DNA of 64,000 nt from an uncultured Coriobacteriaceae bacterium (GTDB lineage Bacteria; Actinomycetota; Coriobacteriia; Coriobacteriales; QAMH01): assembly GCA_964435565.1 (NCBI GenBank), contig CAYSZR010000001.1, forward strand, positions 3,288 through 67,287, read 5' to 3'. Positions 21,815-30,923 of the stretch are shown in pieces (the stretch's first letter is position 1; every line of letters starts with the position of its first letter). The translations under genes were made by a program, and so were the position numbers. The notes under the pieces are model-generated. The model had not been told where the DNA came from. It made no database searches and was given only the letters and a program-made list of their open reading frames with translations.

Positions 21815-22864
21815 ATGACTGAGCAAATCACATATAAGGATGCCGGTGTCGATATCGATGAGGGCGCACGTGCCGTCGACGCGATACGAGCAAGCGTGAA
21901 ATCGACCTACCGCCCCGAGGTCATTGGTGATATCGGTGGCTTTGGCGGTCTCTTTTCCGCAGCCGCGTTCAAGGATATGGATGATCCGATACTTGTGAGC
22001 GGTACAGATGGTGTTGGTACCAAGCTCGCGCTTGCGATGATGGCCGATAAACACGACACGGTGGGCATCGATCTTGTCGCCATGTGTGTAAACGACGTGC
22101 TTGCCTGCGGCGCCGAGCCATTGTTCTTTTTGGATTATGTCGCTATCGGCAAACTGGAAAGTTCTCATGTCGCGCAGGTCGTGGGCGGTATCGCTGAGGG
22201 CTGTCGCCAGGCTGGGTGTGCCCTCGTCGGTGGTGAGATGGCAGAGCATCCCGGCATCATGGATCCAGGAGATTATGATCTATCTGGTTTCTGCGTCGGG
22301 GTCGTCGATCGTCCGAAGATGCTCGATCCCGCTGACGTTGCAGAAGGTGATGTCATTTTGGGTTTGGCATCGACGGGCATACACTCAAATGGCTATTCGC
22401 TCGTGCGTCGTGCAGTTACCGATCAGATGACGAAAGACGAGCTCAATGCATCAAACGATCGACTTGAAGGAAAGTCCGTTCTCGAAGCGTTGCTTACGCC
22501 GACGCGTATCTATGTGAAATCGATTCTCGAACTCAGGCGCGCGATTCCTCAGGTTCACGCCGTTGCACATATTACCGGCGGCGGTATTACGGAGAATCTC
22601 AACAGGGCTCTTCACGGTGATGTTGATGCGCAGATTGAGCTGGGTAGCTGGGATCATGTGCCCATCATAGATTACGTGGTCGAAAAGGCGGGCCTTTCAC
22701 GTGAAGAGGCGCTTAAGACGTTCAATTGCGGTATCGGCATGTGCGTCATCTGCCCGCCAGAGTTCGCGGATGCCACAGTGAAGCAACTTGAGACAACGGG
22801 AGAACGTGTCTTTAGCATCGGAACCGTTGTCAAGGGGACAGGGAAGGTCATCTACCATGGCTGA
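21815..22864 (+). CDS. purM: Phosphoribosylformylglycinamidine cyclo-ligase (AIR synthase)
   Basis: YKDAGVDIDEG, GGFGGLF, GTDGVGTKL, DLVAMCVNDV, GGEMAEHPG. Confidence 0.93.
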   Translation: MTEQITYKDAGVDIDEGARAVDAIRASVKSTYRPEVIGDIGGFGGLFSAAAFKDMDDPILVSGTDGVGTKLALAMMADKHDTVGIDLVAMCVNDVLACGAEPLFFLDYVAIGKLESSHVAQVVGGIAEGCRQAGCALVGGEMAEHPGIMDPGDYDLSGFCVGVVDRPKMLDPADVAEGDVILGLASTGIHSNGYSLVRRAVTDQMTKDELNASNDRLEGKSVLEALLTPTRIYVKSILELRRAIPQVHAVAHITGGGITENLNRALHGDVDAQIELGSWDHVPIIDYVVEKAGLSREEALKTFNCGIGMCVICPPEFADATVKQLETTGERVFSIGTVVKGTGKVIYHG

Positions 22865-23495
22865 AACGCAAGGATACGTTCCTGCTCGGCCAATGAGGAT
22901 CGCTATTCTTATATCGGGTACGGGCACGAACATGGTCGCCATTATCGATGCGATCAAATCCCAAGACCTTGACGCTGAAATCGCATGCGTCGTTTCGTCG
23001 AATGAAGCAGCGAAGGGAATCGAAAAGGCCCGTTCAGAAGGACTCGAAGTCATCGTTTTCAAGCCTGCTGACTATGCCGATCCCGAATCGGTCGATGCGA
23101 AACTGGTCTCGCTCTTTGCCTCGCTTGGCGTGGACTACGTCGTTATGGCCGGTTATATGCGAAAAGTTACATCCGTTTTGCTTAACGCATATCCCAATCG
23201 AGTGGTTAATTTGCATCCGGCCCTGCTTCCCAAGCATCGTGGTGCTCATGCCATCCAGGATGCCTTCGATGCTGGTGATGAGGTGACGGGCATTACCATT
23301 CATTTTGCCAATGAAGAATATGACAAGGGTCCCATAGTGTTCCAGCATACGGTACCCATTATTCCCGGAGAGACGCTCGACAAACTTGAGACGCGTATAC
23401 ATGATGCCGAACATGCATATTATCCCAGGGTCTTACAGATGCTTGCTCAAGGACGCGTGCGCGTACAAGGCGCGGACTGCATAATCGACGAATAA
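22857..23495 (+). CDS. purN: Phosphoribosylglycinamide formyltransferase
   Basis: RIAILISGTGTNM, VVMAGYMR, NLHPALLPKHRGAHA. The ATG at 22857 overlaps the purM stop (ATGGCTGA). The ORF-track start at 22788 is rejected. Confidence 0.9.
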   Translation: MAETQGYVPARPMRIAILISGTGTNMVAIIDAIKSQDLDAEIACVVSSNEAAKGIEKARSEGLEVIVFKPADYADPESVDAKLVSLFASLGVDYVVMAGYMRKVTSVLLNAYPNRVVNLHPALLPKHRGAHAIQDAFDAGDEVTGITIHFANEEYDKGPIVFQHTVPIIPGETLDKLETRIHDAEHAYYPRVLQMLAQGRVRVQGADCIIDE

Positions 23496-23855
23496 TTTCA
23501 AAAGCGTTTTTGCATACGCTAACGATTGCTCCATGCCTCTGGTTATCCACAACGGGGCGTGGGGCTGTCTTATCTGGCATCACAATAATCATGCGCATGC
23601 AGTCTTCGATAGGGGTTTTGTCATCCGATAAGACGCTCTTTAATGCGTTGTACATTGACGCATAATCCAATGACCGGCAAAAACGCAGCTATGTTCCTGC
23701 CCGATTCTGTCCGGATTCCATTTTGGTTCAAGTCCAATTTGTATCGGATATGATCCGGAAAATCTTAGAAAACCACCCGAATCCATTCATCGATTTTGAT
23801 AGGTCTGCAGTGCATCATGGTTTGCGGAAAGCCGAGGTGGAAGGAGGTTGTCATC

Positions 23856-24992
23856 ATGAACATATACAGCATTGCCCTGTCGGTCCACGAAACTAGACGT
23901 TTGTCATATGGGGGTTGCGCCAGCCGGGATCTGGGTTCCTTCTCTCCCCTTCAAAGGCTGGTTGCACTTGCTTTCGTTTGTGTATTCGTGGAATTAATCT
24001 CCCTATGCAGCCCATTTGTGACACAGCCTGCCTATGCGGTCACTTCGCCCGTATCCACCTCGCCGCTTTCCGCGACAGTTATGTTTCATCAGACGTACTC
24101 GGCCGGTTGCAGAAGCTATGTACATAGCGGTATAGATATCCCCGCGTCTGCCGGTATGCAGATATCATCCCCACTTGCTGGAACGGTGCGCTTCACCGGC
24201 AGCGTGCCGTCCGGCGATTCAAGATGGGATGATAGCGTGCAGGTTCAGACCATGAACGCCGTTTCCATAGAAGTTGAAAACAATCGGGTTATAACGCTCA
24301 TGCCCTTTTCGACGATAGATGTTACAGAAGGGCAAAGCGTTTCAGAGGGAATGGCTCTGGGCATATTGGCCCCCTCTGGAGATTGCTCGTCCTCCTCGTC
24401 TCATCTCCATCTTGGCTACAAGCATGGTCGGACGTATTTAGATCCCATGACGCTTTTTGGTTTGACAGGCAAATCTGAACCTGCAGAGCATTCAAATCAA
24501 AGTGTCGATGTACCTGCGCAGGAATCCACCCCGGGCGCCTATGCTGGCGAAGATGAGATAGCCAAACAGTCTATCGCGGAGCAGGGCGCTCCGGCAGAAA
24601 GCTTTGGGATGATCGAATCGGGGGCTTTTGATTGGAAGCCGCGCACTCAGGAAGCAGCTTCTCCCTTTACTGCTTTTTCATCTGGTCTAGAGCCTCTTTT
24701 CTCCGCTTGCCAAGAACAGCTCGACTCACTTGTCGATTCCATAAATGTTCTTTCAAATGGAATCGGCATTCCTTCGCAAACGCTGCTTGCAGCTATGTTC
24801 TCTCTTGTGGTCTTTGCCCTGGCTCTATTTGTCTTTGCTGGCATCCGCCTATTTTTTTCCTATGCAAGAAAAATACGCGATATTGAAATTCAGTCCTTGT
24901 CTAGCGGCAGAGGAGGTGATAGTATGCATAAGTTATTTCCTGCTCCGGGTACAGCCTTCATGTCCCGGGGCCGCATAGCCCGAGGGAGGTGA
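23856..24992 (+). CDS. M23 (LytM-type) metallopeptidase, membrane anchored
   Basis: HSGIDIPASAG ... SSHLHLGY (HxxxD / HxH zinc motifs), an N-terminal hydrophobic segment and a C-terminal TM (LLAAMFSLVVFALALFVFAGI). Start at ATG 23856 after GGAAGGAGG. Confidence 0.75.
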   Translation: MNIYSIALSVHETRRLSYGGCASRDLGSFSPLQRLVALAFVCVFVELISLCSPFVTQPAYAVTSPVSTSPLSATVMFHQTYSAGCRSYVHSGIDIPASAGMQISSPLAGTVRFTGSVPSGDSRWDDSVQVQTMNAVSIEVENNRVITLMPFSTIDVTEGQSVSEGMALGILAPSGDCSSSSSHLHLGYKHGRTYLDPMTLFGLTGKSEPAEHSNQSVDVPAQESTPGAYAGEDEIAKQSIAEQGAPAESFGMIESGAFDWKPRTQEAASPFTAFSSGLEPLFSACQEQLDSLVDSINVLSNGIGIPSQTLLAAMFSLVVFALALFVFAGIRLFFSYARKIRDIEIQSLSSGRGGDSMHKLFPAPGTAFMSRGRIARGR

Positions 24993-24996
24993 CCAC

Positions 24997-25308
24997 ATGA
25001 AGGCTTATGAACTGTTGTTTTTTGTCGATCCGTCTATTGACGAGGAGACACGTATCGCCACAAGCAAACGTATCGACACTACGATCACGGAACAGGGTGG
25101 CAAAGTCAACAACGTTGAGGAATGGGGCAAGCGCAAGCTCGCTTTTGAAATCAACGGCCTCGCCGAAGGCGACTACACTCTTATCGATTTTGAAGCTGAT
25201 CCCACTGCAATTGCAGAGCTCGACCGCGTGCTCCATATTATGGACGCCGTCGTGCGTTATATGATCACGCGTCGAAACAATGCAGAGACTTCGGTTAAGA
25301 GCGCATAA
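24997..25308 (+). CDS. rpsF: 30S ribosomal protein S6
   Basis: MKAYELLFFVDPS...WGKRKLAFEI is typical of S6. Gene order is rpsF-ssb-rpsR. Confidence 0.93.
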   Translation: MKAYELLFFVDPSIDEETRIATSKRIDTTITEQGGKVNNVEEWGKRKLAFEINGLAEGDYTLIDFEADPTAIAELDRVLHIMDAVVRYMITRRNNAETSVKSA

Positions 25309-25347
25309 CGCGACCCCGTTACGCTCAGCTGAAAGGAACGAATGTAA

Positions 25348-25848
25348 ATGAGCATCAATAGAGTAATGATTTCCGGCAACCTCACACGCGACGCTGAGTT
25401 AAGGACGACGCCATCGGGCACGTCCATCTTGAGTTTCGGCGTTGCTGTCAACGACCGACGTCGCACTGCTGATGGCAACTGGGAAGACTACGCAAACTTC
25501 ATTGACTGCACGATGTTCGGTCGTCGCGCCTCTGCAGTGGCCCAGTATCTTAAGAAGGGGTTGAAGGTGGCTATTGAAGGACGGCTGCACTACAGCTCTT
25601 GGGAAGATCGCAATTCGGGTCAGAGACGAAGCAAAGTCGATGTTACAGTCGATGAGCTTGAGTTTATGTCTTCGCGCAATGGCGCGAACCAGAGTTATGA
25701 CGATGGTGGCAACAACTATGGCGGTCAGGGTGGCTCTTATGATGCCGGCCGTTCTTACGGTGACGTTCCCGCTCAGCAATCACCGGTAGGCAATATGCCG
25801 GAGCCTGCGGCTCCAAATGCATATGACGATAGTGACATCCCCTTTTAA
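25348..25848 (+). CDS. ssb: Single-stranded DNA-binding protein
   Basis: OB fold (MSINRVMISGNLTRDAELRTTPSG), a Gly-rich tail, and the acidic C-terminus DDSDIPF. Confidence 0.93.
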   Translation: MSINRVMISGNLTRDAELRTTPSGTSILSFGVAVNDRRRTADGNWEDYANFIDCTMFGRRASAVAQYLKKGLKVAIEGRLHYSSWEDRNSGQRRSKVDVTVDELEFMSSRNGANQSYDDGGNNYGGQGGSYDAGRSYGDVPAQQSPVGNMPEPAAPNAYDDSDIPF

Positions 25849-25885
25849 GGTGTTTTCGTATCTAGATAATTTGTGAGGAGGAATA

Positions 25886-26146
25886 ATGGCTGATTATGCT
25901 CGCCAACCGCGTCGTAAGTACTGCCCCTTTTGCAAGGACAAGGTCAATTACATTGATTACAAAGATGTGCAGTCGCTGCGCCGTTATATAACTGATCGTG
26001 GCAAAATCAAGTCTCGTCGCGTGACGGGTGTTTGCACCCAGCATCAGCACGAGCTTGCTGCTGCAATCAAGCGCGCGCGCGAAATGGCGCTGCTGCCCTA
26101 TACCGTGAAAATCGTTTCCGGTAGCGGTGGCCGCAGAAACCGATAG
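25886..26146 (+). CDS. rpsR: 30S ribosomal protein S18
   Basis: RRKYCPFC...IDYKD...[19 protein letters not shown]. Confidence 0.93.
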   Translation: MADYARQPRRKYCPFCKDKVNYIDYKDVQSLRRYITDRGKIKSRRVTGVCTQHQHELAAAIKRAREMALLPYTVKIVSGSGGRRNR

Positions 26147-26149
26147 CGC

Positions 26150-26881
26150 ATGCTTGACGCGGTGGCGCTTGCCGTTGATCTTGCGCTTTTTATTGTGACC
26201 GTGGTTGTTGTGGGTCAAAAGCCCACTGTGGCCAAAGTGGTAGCAATGATATGCCTCGTCGCGGTAGTCGATTATGGATATTTGGCGCTTGTCGCAATGC
26301 AAGCGCAGGAAAATCCTATCGAGTGGTATCAACAGCTGCTTGGAGAGACCATGAAAGCGTATAACGGCGCTTTCTCCAATCAGTCCGCTGACTACGATTC
26401 TGTGATCGCTGTTGTCGCTGGCATCTCGCCGGCACTTTATGTGGTGCAATCGTCCGTATATGTTTTCATTGGACTGTGCATACGCTGGGTCATAGATCGT
26501 GTTCGTAGTAAGAGCGAGTGGTCGCCGTTTTCTCAAGTCGATCTTTCGGTTTGGTGGCTTATGCCTCTTTTGTTCGGTATTTGCTGCTATACCGCATCGC
26601 TTTTTCTGCAAAATGACGCGGCGCGAATCGTGTGGCTTGTTGCTATGAACGTGCTTGTGGTATCTGTCGTTGTGCTGTTTGCCCAAGGCGCAGCGGCTGG
26701 CAAGGGCATCATGAACCGAATGGGCTTGAGCATGACGTGGCAGATTGTCTTAGGCGTGCTCGGGATTATCTCGTGGATGTTGTTCCTTGTCGTGCCTTTC
26801 ATGGGGCTCGTTGATTTTTGGGCGAATTTTCGCAAGATTGCGCGTGACGACTCTAAGTCGTCTAGCGCAGGCGCGAATTAG
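26150..26881 (+). CDS. DUF2232/YybS-like polytopic membrane protein
   Basis: About 6-7 TM helices. It occupies the position between rpsR and rplI where yybS sits in Firmicutes. Confidence 0.55.
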   Translation: MLDAVALAVDLALFIVTVVVVGQKPTVAKVVAMICLVAVVDYGYLALVAMQAQENPIEWYQQLLGETMKAYNGAFSNQSADYDSVIAVVAGISPALYVVQSSVYVFIGLCIRWVIDRVRSKSEWSPFSQVDLSVWWLMPLLFGICCYTASLFLQNDAARIVWLVAMNVLVVSVVVLFAQGAAAGKGIMNRMGLSMTWQIVLGVLGIISWMLFLVVPFMGLVDFWANFRKIARDDSKSSSAGAN

Positions 26882-26940
26882 GCGCGTACATATATGTAAG
26901 CAGTCCTGTGCCATAGCGGGACATGGAAGAAAGAAAAATA

Positions 26941-27501
26941 ATGAAAGTAATTCTGTTGAAAGAACTCAAGGGGCGCGGCGGCGAAGGCGATGTCGTAGAT
27001 GTTGCACAGGGTTTTGCCGTAAACTACCTGCTCCCCCAGGGCATTGCAATCGAGGCGACCAAAGGCGAGCTTAAACAGCTCGAGCAGCGTCGTCACAACA
27101 TCGAAAAGCGTGAGCTCGCTCGCACTACCGATGCTGGCACTATTAAAGATGCCCTTGACGGCAAGACCCTCAAGGTCTTTGCTAAGGTTGGTGAAGAGGG
27201 TCAGCTCTTCGGCTCTATCACGACCACAATGCTTGCAGATGCCATTCTCGATCAGCTTGGCGTTACGGTCGAGCGTAAGAAAATCGACTTAGGCAAAGCC
27301 ATTAAGACTGCGGGCAAGCATGAAATCACGGTTTCTGTTTATCGTGACATCAAGGCGACGCTTGAAGTCAGCGTCATGAGTGACGATGCAGACCTCGAGA
27401 TTCTTGAAACGCTTGACGAGCAGACCGCAGAAGAGACAGCCGAGGCTGAGACTGCTGCCGAGCCTGCAGAAGAAGCGGTAGAAGAAGAGACTGCTGAATA
27501 A
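26941..27501 (+). CDS. rplI: 50S ribosomal protein L9 (with acidic C-terminal extension)
   Basis: MKVILLKELKGRGGEGDVVDVAQGFAVNYL is typical of the L9 N-terminus. Start moved to ATG 26941. Confidence 0.9.
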   Translation: MKVILLKELKGRGGEGDVVDVAQGFAVNYLLPQGIAIEATKGELKQLEQRRHNIEKRELARTTDAGTIKDALDGKTLKVFAKVGEEGQLFGSITTTMLADAILDQLGVTVERKKIDLGKAIKTAGKHEITVSVYRDIKATLEVSVMSDDADLEILETLDEQTAEETAEAETAAEPAEEAVEEETAE

Positions 27502-27514
27502 GCAGCGAACGGAT

Positions 27515-27555
27515 AAAATGGGCCATCGGGAATTTCCCGGTGGCCCATTTTCTAT
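27515..27555 (+). terminator. Rho-independent terminator after rplI
   Basis: AAAATGGGCCATCGGG / CCCGGTGGCCCATTTT inverted repeat followed by a T-rich tract. Confidence 0.7.
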
Positions 27556-27578
27556 ATTCGCACAAAGGAGCGGCATAG

Positions 27579-28247
27579 GTGAAAATCGGATTACACGACG
27601 TCGATGCTATCATTTTCGACTTCGATGGCACGCTTGCGGACTCAATGTGGGTTTGGGATAACGTTGACAGGATGTTTCTGGCAAAACGAGGCATCCCTTT
27701 TGCCAAAGAATATGGTGAGAAGATAGCCGTATTGGGCTTCGAGTTGGGCGCACAGTACTCTATAGAGCGTTTCGGTCTTGATGAGGACCCCGAAGACATC
27801 ATTGCGGAATGGAAATCCGGTGCTGAAGACGGCTACGCGACACAGGTCGCGTTGAAGCCTGGAGCGCGCGAATATCTAAGCTACTGCAAGTCACAAGGAA
27901 CCCCTCTGGCTATTGCGACTTCTTTGCAGCGACATCTTCTGGAGCCTGCGCTGAAAAATAACGGGGTACTGGGTATGTTTGACGCAATATGTATCTGCGA
28001 TGAATTGCAATGCGGCGGCAAATCGAACCCTACGATCTATAGAGAGGCGGCTCGCAGATTGGGCGTCCCGGCTCAACGATGTGCAATCTTTGAGGATGTG
28101 GTTATTCCAGCAGAGTCGGCCAAGCAGACGGGTGCATATGTAATCGGCGTCTATGACGAGCACAAGCAACAGGCCACTGATAAGCTTAAAGGAGTGGTCG
28201 ACCGCTTTATCATGGATTTTTCCGAGCTTCTAGATGAGGTTAGATGA
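27579..28247 (+). CDS. HAD-superfamily hydrolase (beta-phosphoglucomutase-like subfamily)
   Basis: Motif I IIFDFDGTLADS, a cap domain, and the motif III/IV region (K....IFEDV). GTG start after AGGAG. Confidence 0.8.
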   Translation: MKIGLHDVDAIIFDFDGTLADSMWVWDNVDRMFLAKRGIPFAKEYGEKIAVLGFELGAQYSIERFGLDEDPEDIIAEWKSGAEDGYATQVALKPGAREYLSYCKSQGTPLAIATSLQRHLLEPALKNNGVLGMFDAICICDELQCGGKSNPTIYREAARRLGVPAQRCAIFEDVVIPAESAKQTGAYVIGVYDEHKQQATDKLKGVVDRFIMDFSELLDEVR

Positions 28248-28486
28248 AGCAGTGGGTCTATATCGCACGGTGCAGTGACGATAGCCTGTATACGGGGATG
28301 GCTTCTGATGTTGATCGTCGTATCGGTGAACATAATGCCGGGACTGGTGCAAAATATACGCGAAGTCGACGCCCTGTAGAGGCTGTATATCGTGAAGAAT
28401 GCCTCGACAAATCTACCGCGCTTAAGCGAGAGGCGGCCATCAAGCGGATGACGCGTGCTCAAAAGCTTGAGCTTATAGACGAATGA
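28244..28486 (+). CDS. GIY-YIG domain protein (UPF0213/YhbQ-like)
   Basis: WVYIARCSDDSLYTGMASDVDRRIGEHNAG.GAKYTRSRRPV. There is a 4-nt ATGA overlap with the HAD gene. Confidence 0.8.
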   Translation: MKQWVYIARCSDDSLYTGMASDVDRRIGEHNAGTGAKYTRSRRPVEAVYREECLDKSTALKREAAIKRMTRAQKLELIDE

Positions 28487-28504
28487 TCTTTGGCGAGGGA
28501 GCTT

Positions 28505-28645
28505 AAGACAAAAAGGGGCCTCGGCGGAAAAAGGGGAGGGAGAAACCGCCGAGGCACGTATGTTCGGGTTGGCGGCTGATGTGGGTGGGATAGCAGGGAA
28601 GGGGAGGGAGGCCCCTAGATTTGCGTACCGCCGAACCTGATAGTT
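28505..28645 (-). ncRNA. Candidate small RNA with C-rich hairpin loops (6C-like), 5' end uncertain
   Basis: On the minus strand, the terminal hairpin GCCUCGGCGG-UUUCUCCCUCCCCUUUUU-CCGCCGAGGC is followed by CCCCUUUUUGUCUU, which forms an intrinsic terminator. An upstream helix GUUCGGCGG...CCGCCAACCCGAAC encloses AGGGGCCUCCCUCCCCUUCCCUG. A TATAGT -10-like hexamer sits at 28648-28653. The 66-aa ORF here looks non-coding. Confidence 0.4.
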
Positions 28646-28776
28646 GCACTATAGAGGGAGAACCTGAAGGAACCCTGAACTGTTTGACTGCTTTCAGACT
28701 CACTTAAGATTTGAAGCCGGGCTTACGAGTAAGTAGAATGCATATAGCTGGGATTATAAATAAAGGAAGTGCAGTA

Positions 28777-29802
28777 ATGGTTTGTCCAGATTGCGGTAAC
28801 GATAACGAAGACGGCAGTCCGTTTTGCTCTTCTTGTGGCAAGGATCTTCAAGACGGCAATAGTGCGGGAACTGCAGCGGATCAAACAGAGCACGAAGCGC
28901 AGCAGGAAACTACACAACAGCCTCGTAAAACGGCGGGAAAGCACGGCGCCCACAGCATCGAAAAACCGGGCGATGGCAAGGCGACTGCATCGTTTATTTG
29001 TGGAATAGCCGCCATCGTTTTGTCTCCCACTATAGTTCTTGGCATCATCTTGGGCTGCGCTGCTTTCATCTTGGGGGGCCTTGCGGTAAAAGACGGGCCG
29101 AATAGGATGGCGCGCCGGGGTGCCATCTGCAGCGTTGTCGGTGTGGCGTTATCTGTAGCCATACTTGTTGTGAGTCTTGTGTTTGGCGTGTGGGTGTTTG
29201 GCGGAGCTGCCAGTAATCCTGATGAGGTTAGCAGTTCGTCAAACACATCTTCGACCTCTGGAGGGTCGTCGGTTTCATCGACATCGGTTTATTCCAGCAC
29301 GGCCTCGAGCGGTTCTTCGCAGCAGTCGTCTGCTGGCGGTACGTCGACTTCCTCTGCTGCATCCAGTGCAAGTTCGAATGCGGTACAACTCAATAATTCG
29401 TATATGAACGATCGTTTTGGTTTTTCAGTGGGTATTCCAGACGGATTTGTACAAGGCACAGAATCTCAGAATGGCGATGATGTAACGTTCACCGACACCG
29501 CTTTGAATATGACTGTGCGCGTATATGGGTATAACAATACCGACAACCTCAGTGAAGACGCGGTTATGAAGACAGTTTGGAATGGGTCGACAGATTCGAT
29601 AAAACAGACCGGCGATGGTCACGTCTTTATTTATCAATATGACAGCTCAAAAGAATACTTCTACTGGATCTATCTTGGAGCAGGCTCTATCAATCGGATG
29701 GAGATATCCTACCCTCTGCAGGATGATAATGGCGACGAAATGGCGATGGCGGAAGCCTTCATGGGAAGCTTCGTACCAGGCGATCTGACTAAAACGCATT
29801 AA
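28777..29802 (+). CDS. Zinc-ribbon / DUF4190-like membrane protein with Ser-rich linker and unknown extracytoplasmic domain
   Basis: MVCPDCGNDNEDGSPFCSSCG zinc ribbon and three to four TM helices. A long S/T/A low-complexity linker follows, then a roughly 140-aa C-terminal domain. Start at ATG 28777 after AAGGAAG. Confidence 0.6.
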   Translation: MVCPDCGNDNEDGSPFCSSCGKDLQDGNSAGTAADQTEHEAQQETTQQPRKTAGKHGAHSIEKPGDGKATASFICGIAAIVLSPTIVLGIILGCAAFILGGLAVKDGPNRMARRGAICSVVGVALSVAILVVSLVFGVWVFGGAASNPDEVSSSSNTSSTSGGSSVSSTSVYSSTASSGSSQQSSAGGTSTSSAASSASSNAVQLNNSYMNDRFGFSVGIPDGFVQGTESQNGDDVTFTDTALNMTVRVYGYNNTDNLSEDAVMKTVWNGSTDSIKQTGDGHVFIYQYDSSKEYFYWIYLGAGSINRMEISYPLQDDNGDEMAMAEAFMGSFVPGDLTKTH

Positions 29803-30057
29803 GCTTTACGTGTCTTCGGTATATAAAATGGAGAGGCCCCAACGGAGATAAAACCGTCAGGGCGCATTGGCTTTGGATTCGCCAGTTTAAATCAGGAGGG
29901 ATGCAAGGAGGGGATGCCTTGCAGTGCATACCGTCGAACCCGATAGCCAAACTATATGTGGCCTGCCTGAAGTAATTCTGAAGAGGGCTTTCCTTTTTCA
30001 GTTTTACTTCAGGCCGTCATTTGCAACGTGTTTAGGCTTGTGTGCAGAATCGCGAAT

Positions 30058-30684
30058 TTATGAACGAACGACGCTCACGCGCTCGCCGATATGGTCGCCA
30101 GATTCCGCGAGGTCGACCATCGCTATTGCATAATCGGCGTATGAGATCACCGGGCCTTCAGAGCCAACCATGAGCTCTTCTCCTCCAAGCTGATAACTGC
30201 CGGTCCTTTCTCCGTCAGCCTGAAAATCTGCTGCAGGTGAAAGATAAGTCCACTTTACATCCGTACGCTTGCGTAAATCGTCTAAGGCTGTTTGCATAGC
30301 AGCCGCAAGCGGTTGAAATGCGTCGGGAAAATCGGGTGTTTGGTTGAGCGTCATCGTGTGCTCTGGATTAACGAAGAGGCTCCCTGCGCCGCCGACAATC
30401 AAAAGTCGTGTATCGGTATTGCTCAAGATGTTGCACAGATGTTCCAGACTTGAAGAATGCTTGGGAAGGTCTTCGGGTGCCCAGGCGCCGAAGGCATCTA
30501 ATACCGCATCAAAGCCGGCCAGGTCTTCTGCGGTAAGCTCGAACAGGTCTTTAACGATTGCCGTTTGCGAAGCGCTCTTATTCTCGGAACGTACGATAGC
30601 CGTGACTTCGTGTCCTCGCCTGACCGCCTCTTCGGCGATGAGCCTGCCTTCTTTGCCGTTTGCTGCCACAAGTGCGATTTTCAT
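30058..30684 (-). CDS. NAD(P)H-binding (NmrA/atypical SDR-like) protein
   Basis: MKIALVAANGKEGRLIAEEAVRRGHEVTAIVR Rossmann motif. About 208 aa, typical of this family. Confidence 0.78.
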   Translation of the reverse strand: MKIALVAANGKEGRLIAEEAVRRGHEVTAIVRSENKSASQTAIVKDLFELTAEDLAGFDAVLDAFGAWAPEDLPKHSSSLEHLCNILSNTDTRLLIVGGAGSLFVNPEHTMTLNQTPDFPDAFQPLAAAMQTALDDLRKRTDVKWTYLSPAADFQADGERTGSYQLGGEELMVGSEGPVISYADYAIAMVDLAESGDHIGERVSVVRS

Positions 30685-30923
30685 AATGGTGTCCTTTCTC
30701 TTGGAACGGGGTTATCCCGTACCGCTTCTTTCGACAGTAAGCACTCTATAATCAATAGGGTCATAAAGAAAGTAAGCACAAAATAGTGCTATAGGAACCA
30801 TAAGGTATGTATATCCTTTCGTAGGAGGGTAATCCGCTTGCGGAGTGGGGGGCAAAAAACATATTGCGGCAAGGTATCATTCTTGTTGTAGGTACGGAAA
30901 AAGAGAAGGACAAGGAGAGTCGC

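Noticed and set aside
23359-23670. 103-aa minus-strand ORF in or near the long leader upstream of the M23 peptidase.
   Set aside because: Its 3' third overlaps the end of purN on the opposite strand. It has no RBS and no recognisable motif, so it is kept only as part of the unexplained leader region.
28503-28703. 66-aa minus-strand ORF in the GIY-YIG / zinc-ribbon intergenic region.
   Set aside because: The composition is implausible (Pro/Ser/Gly/Arg-rich) and there is no RBS. The region is better explained by hairpins and a terminator of a non-coding RNA.
29222-29400. Ser-rich repetitive stretch that could be a tandem DNA repeat or contingency locus.
   Set aside because: It is low-complexity at the protein level (S/T/A linker). 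The codons are varied and no exact nucleotide repeat unit is present.
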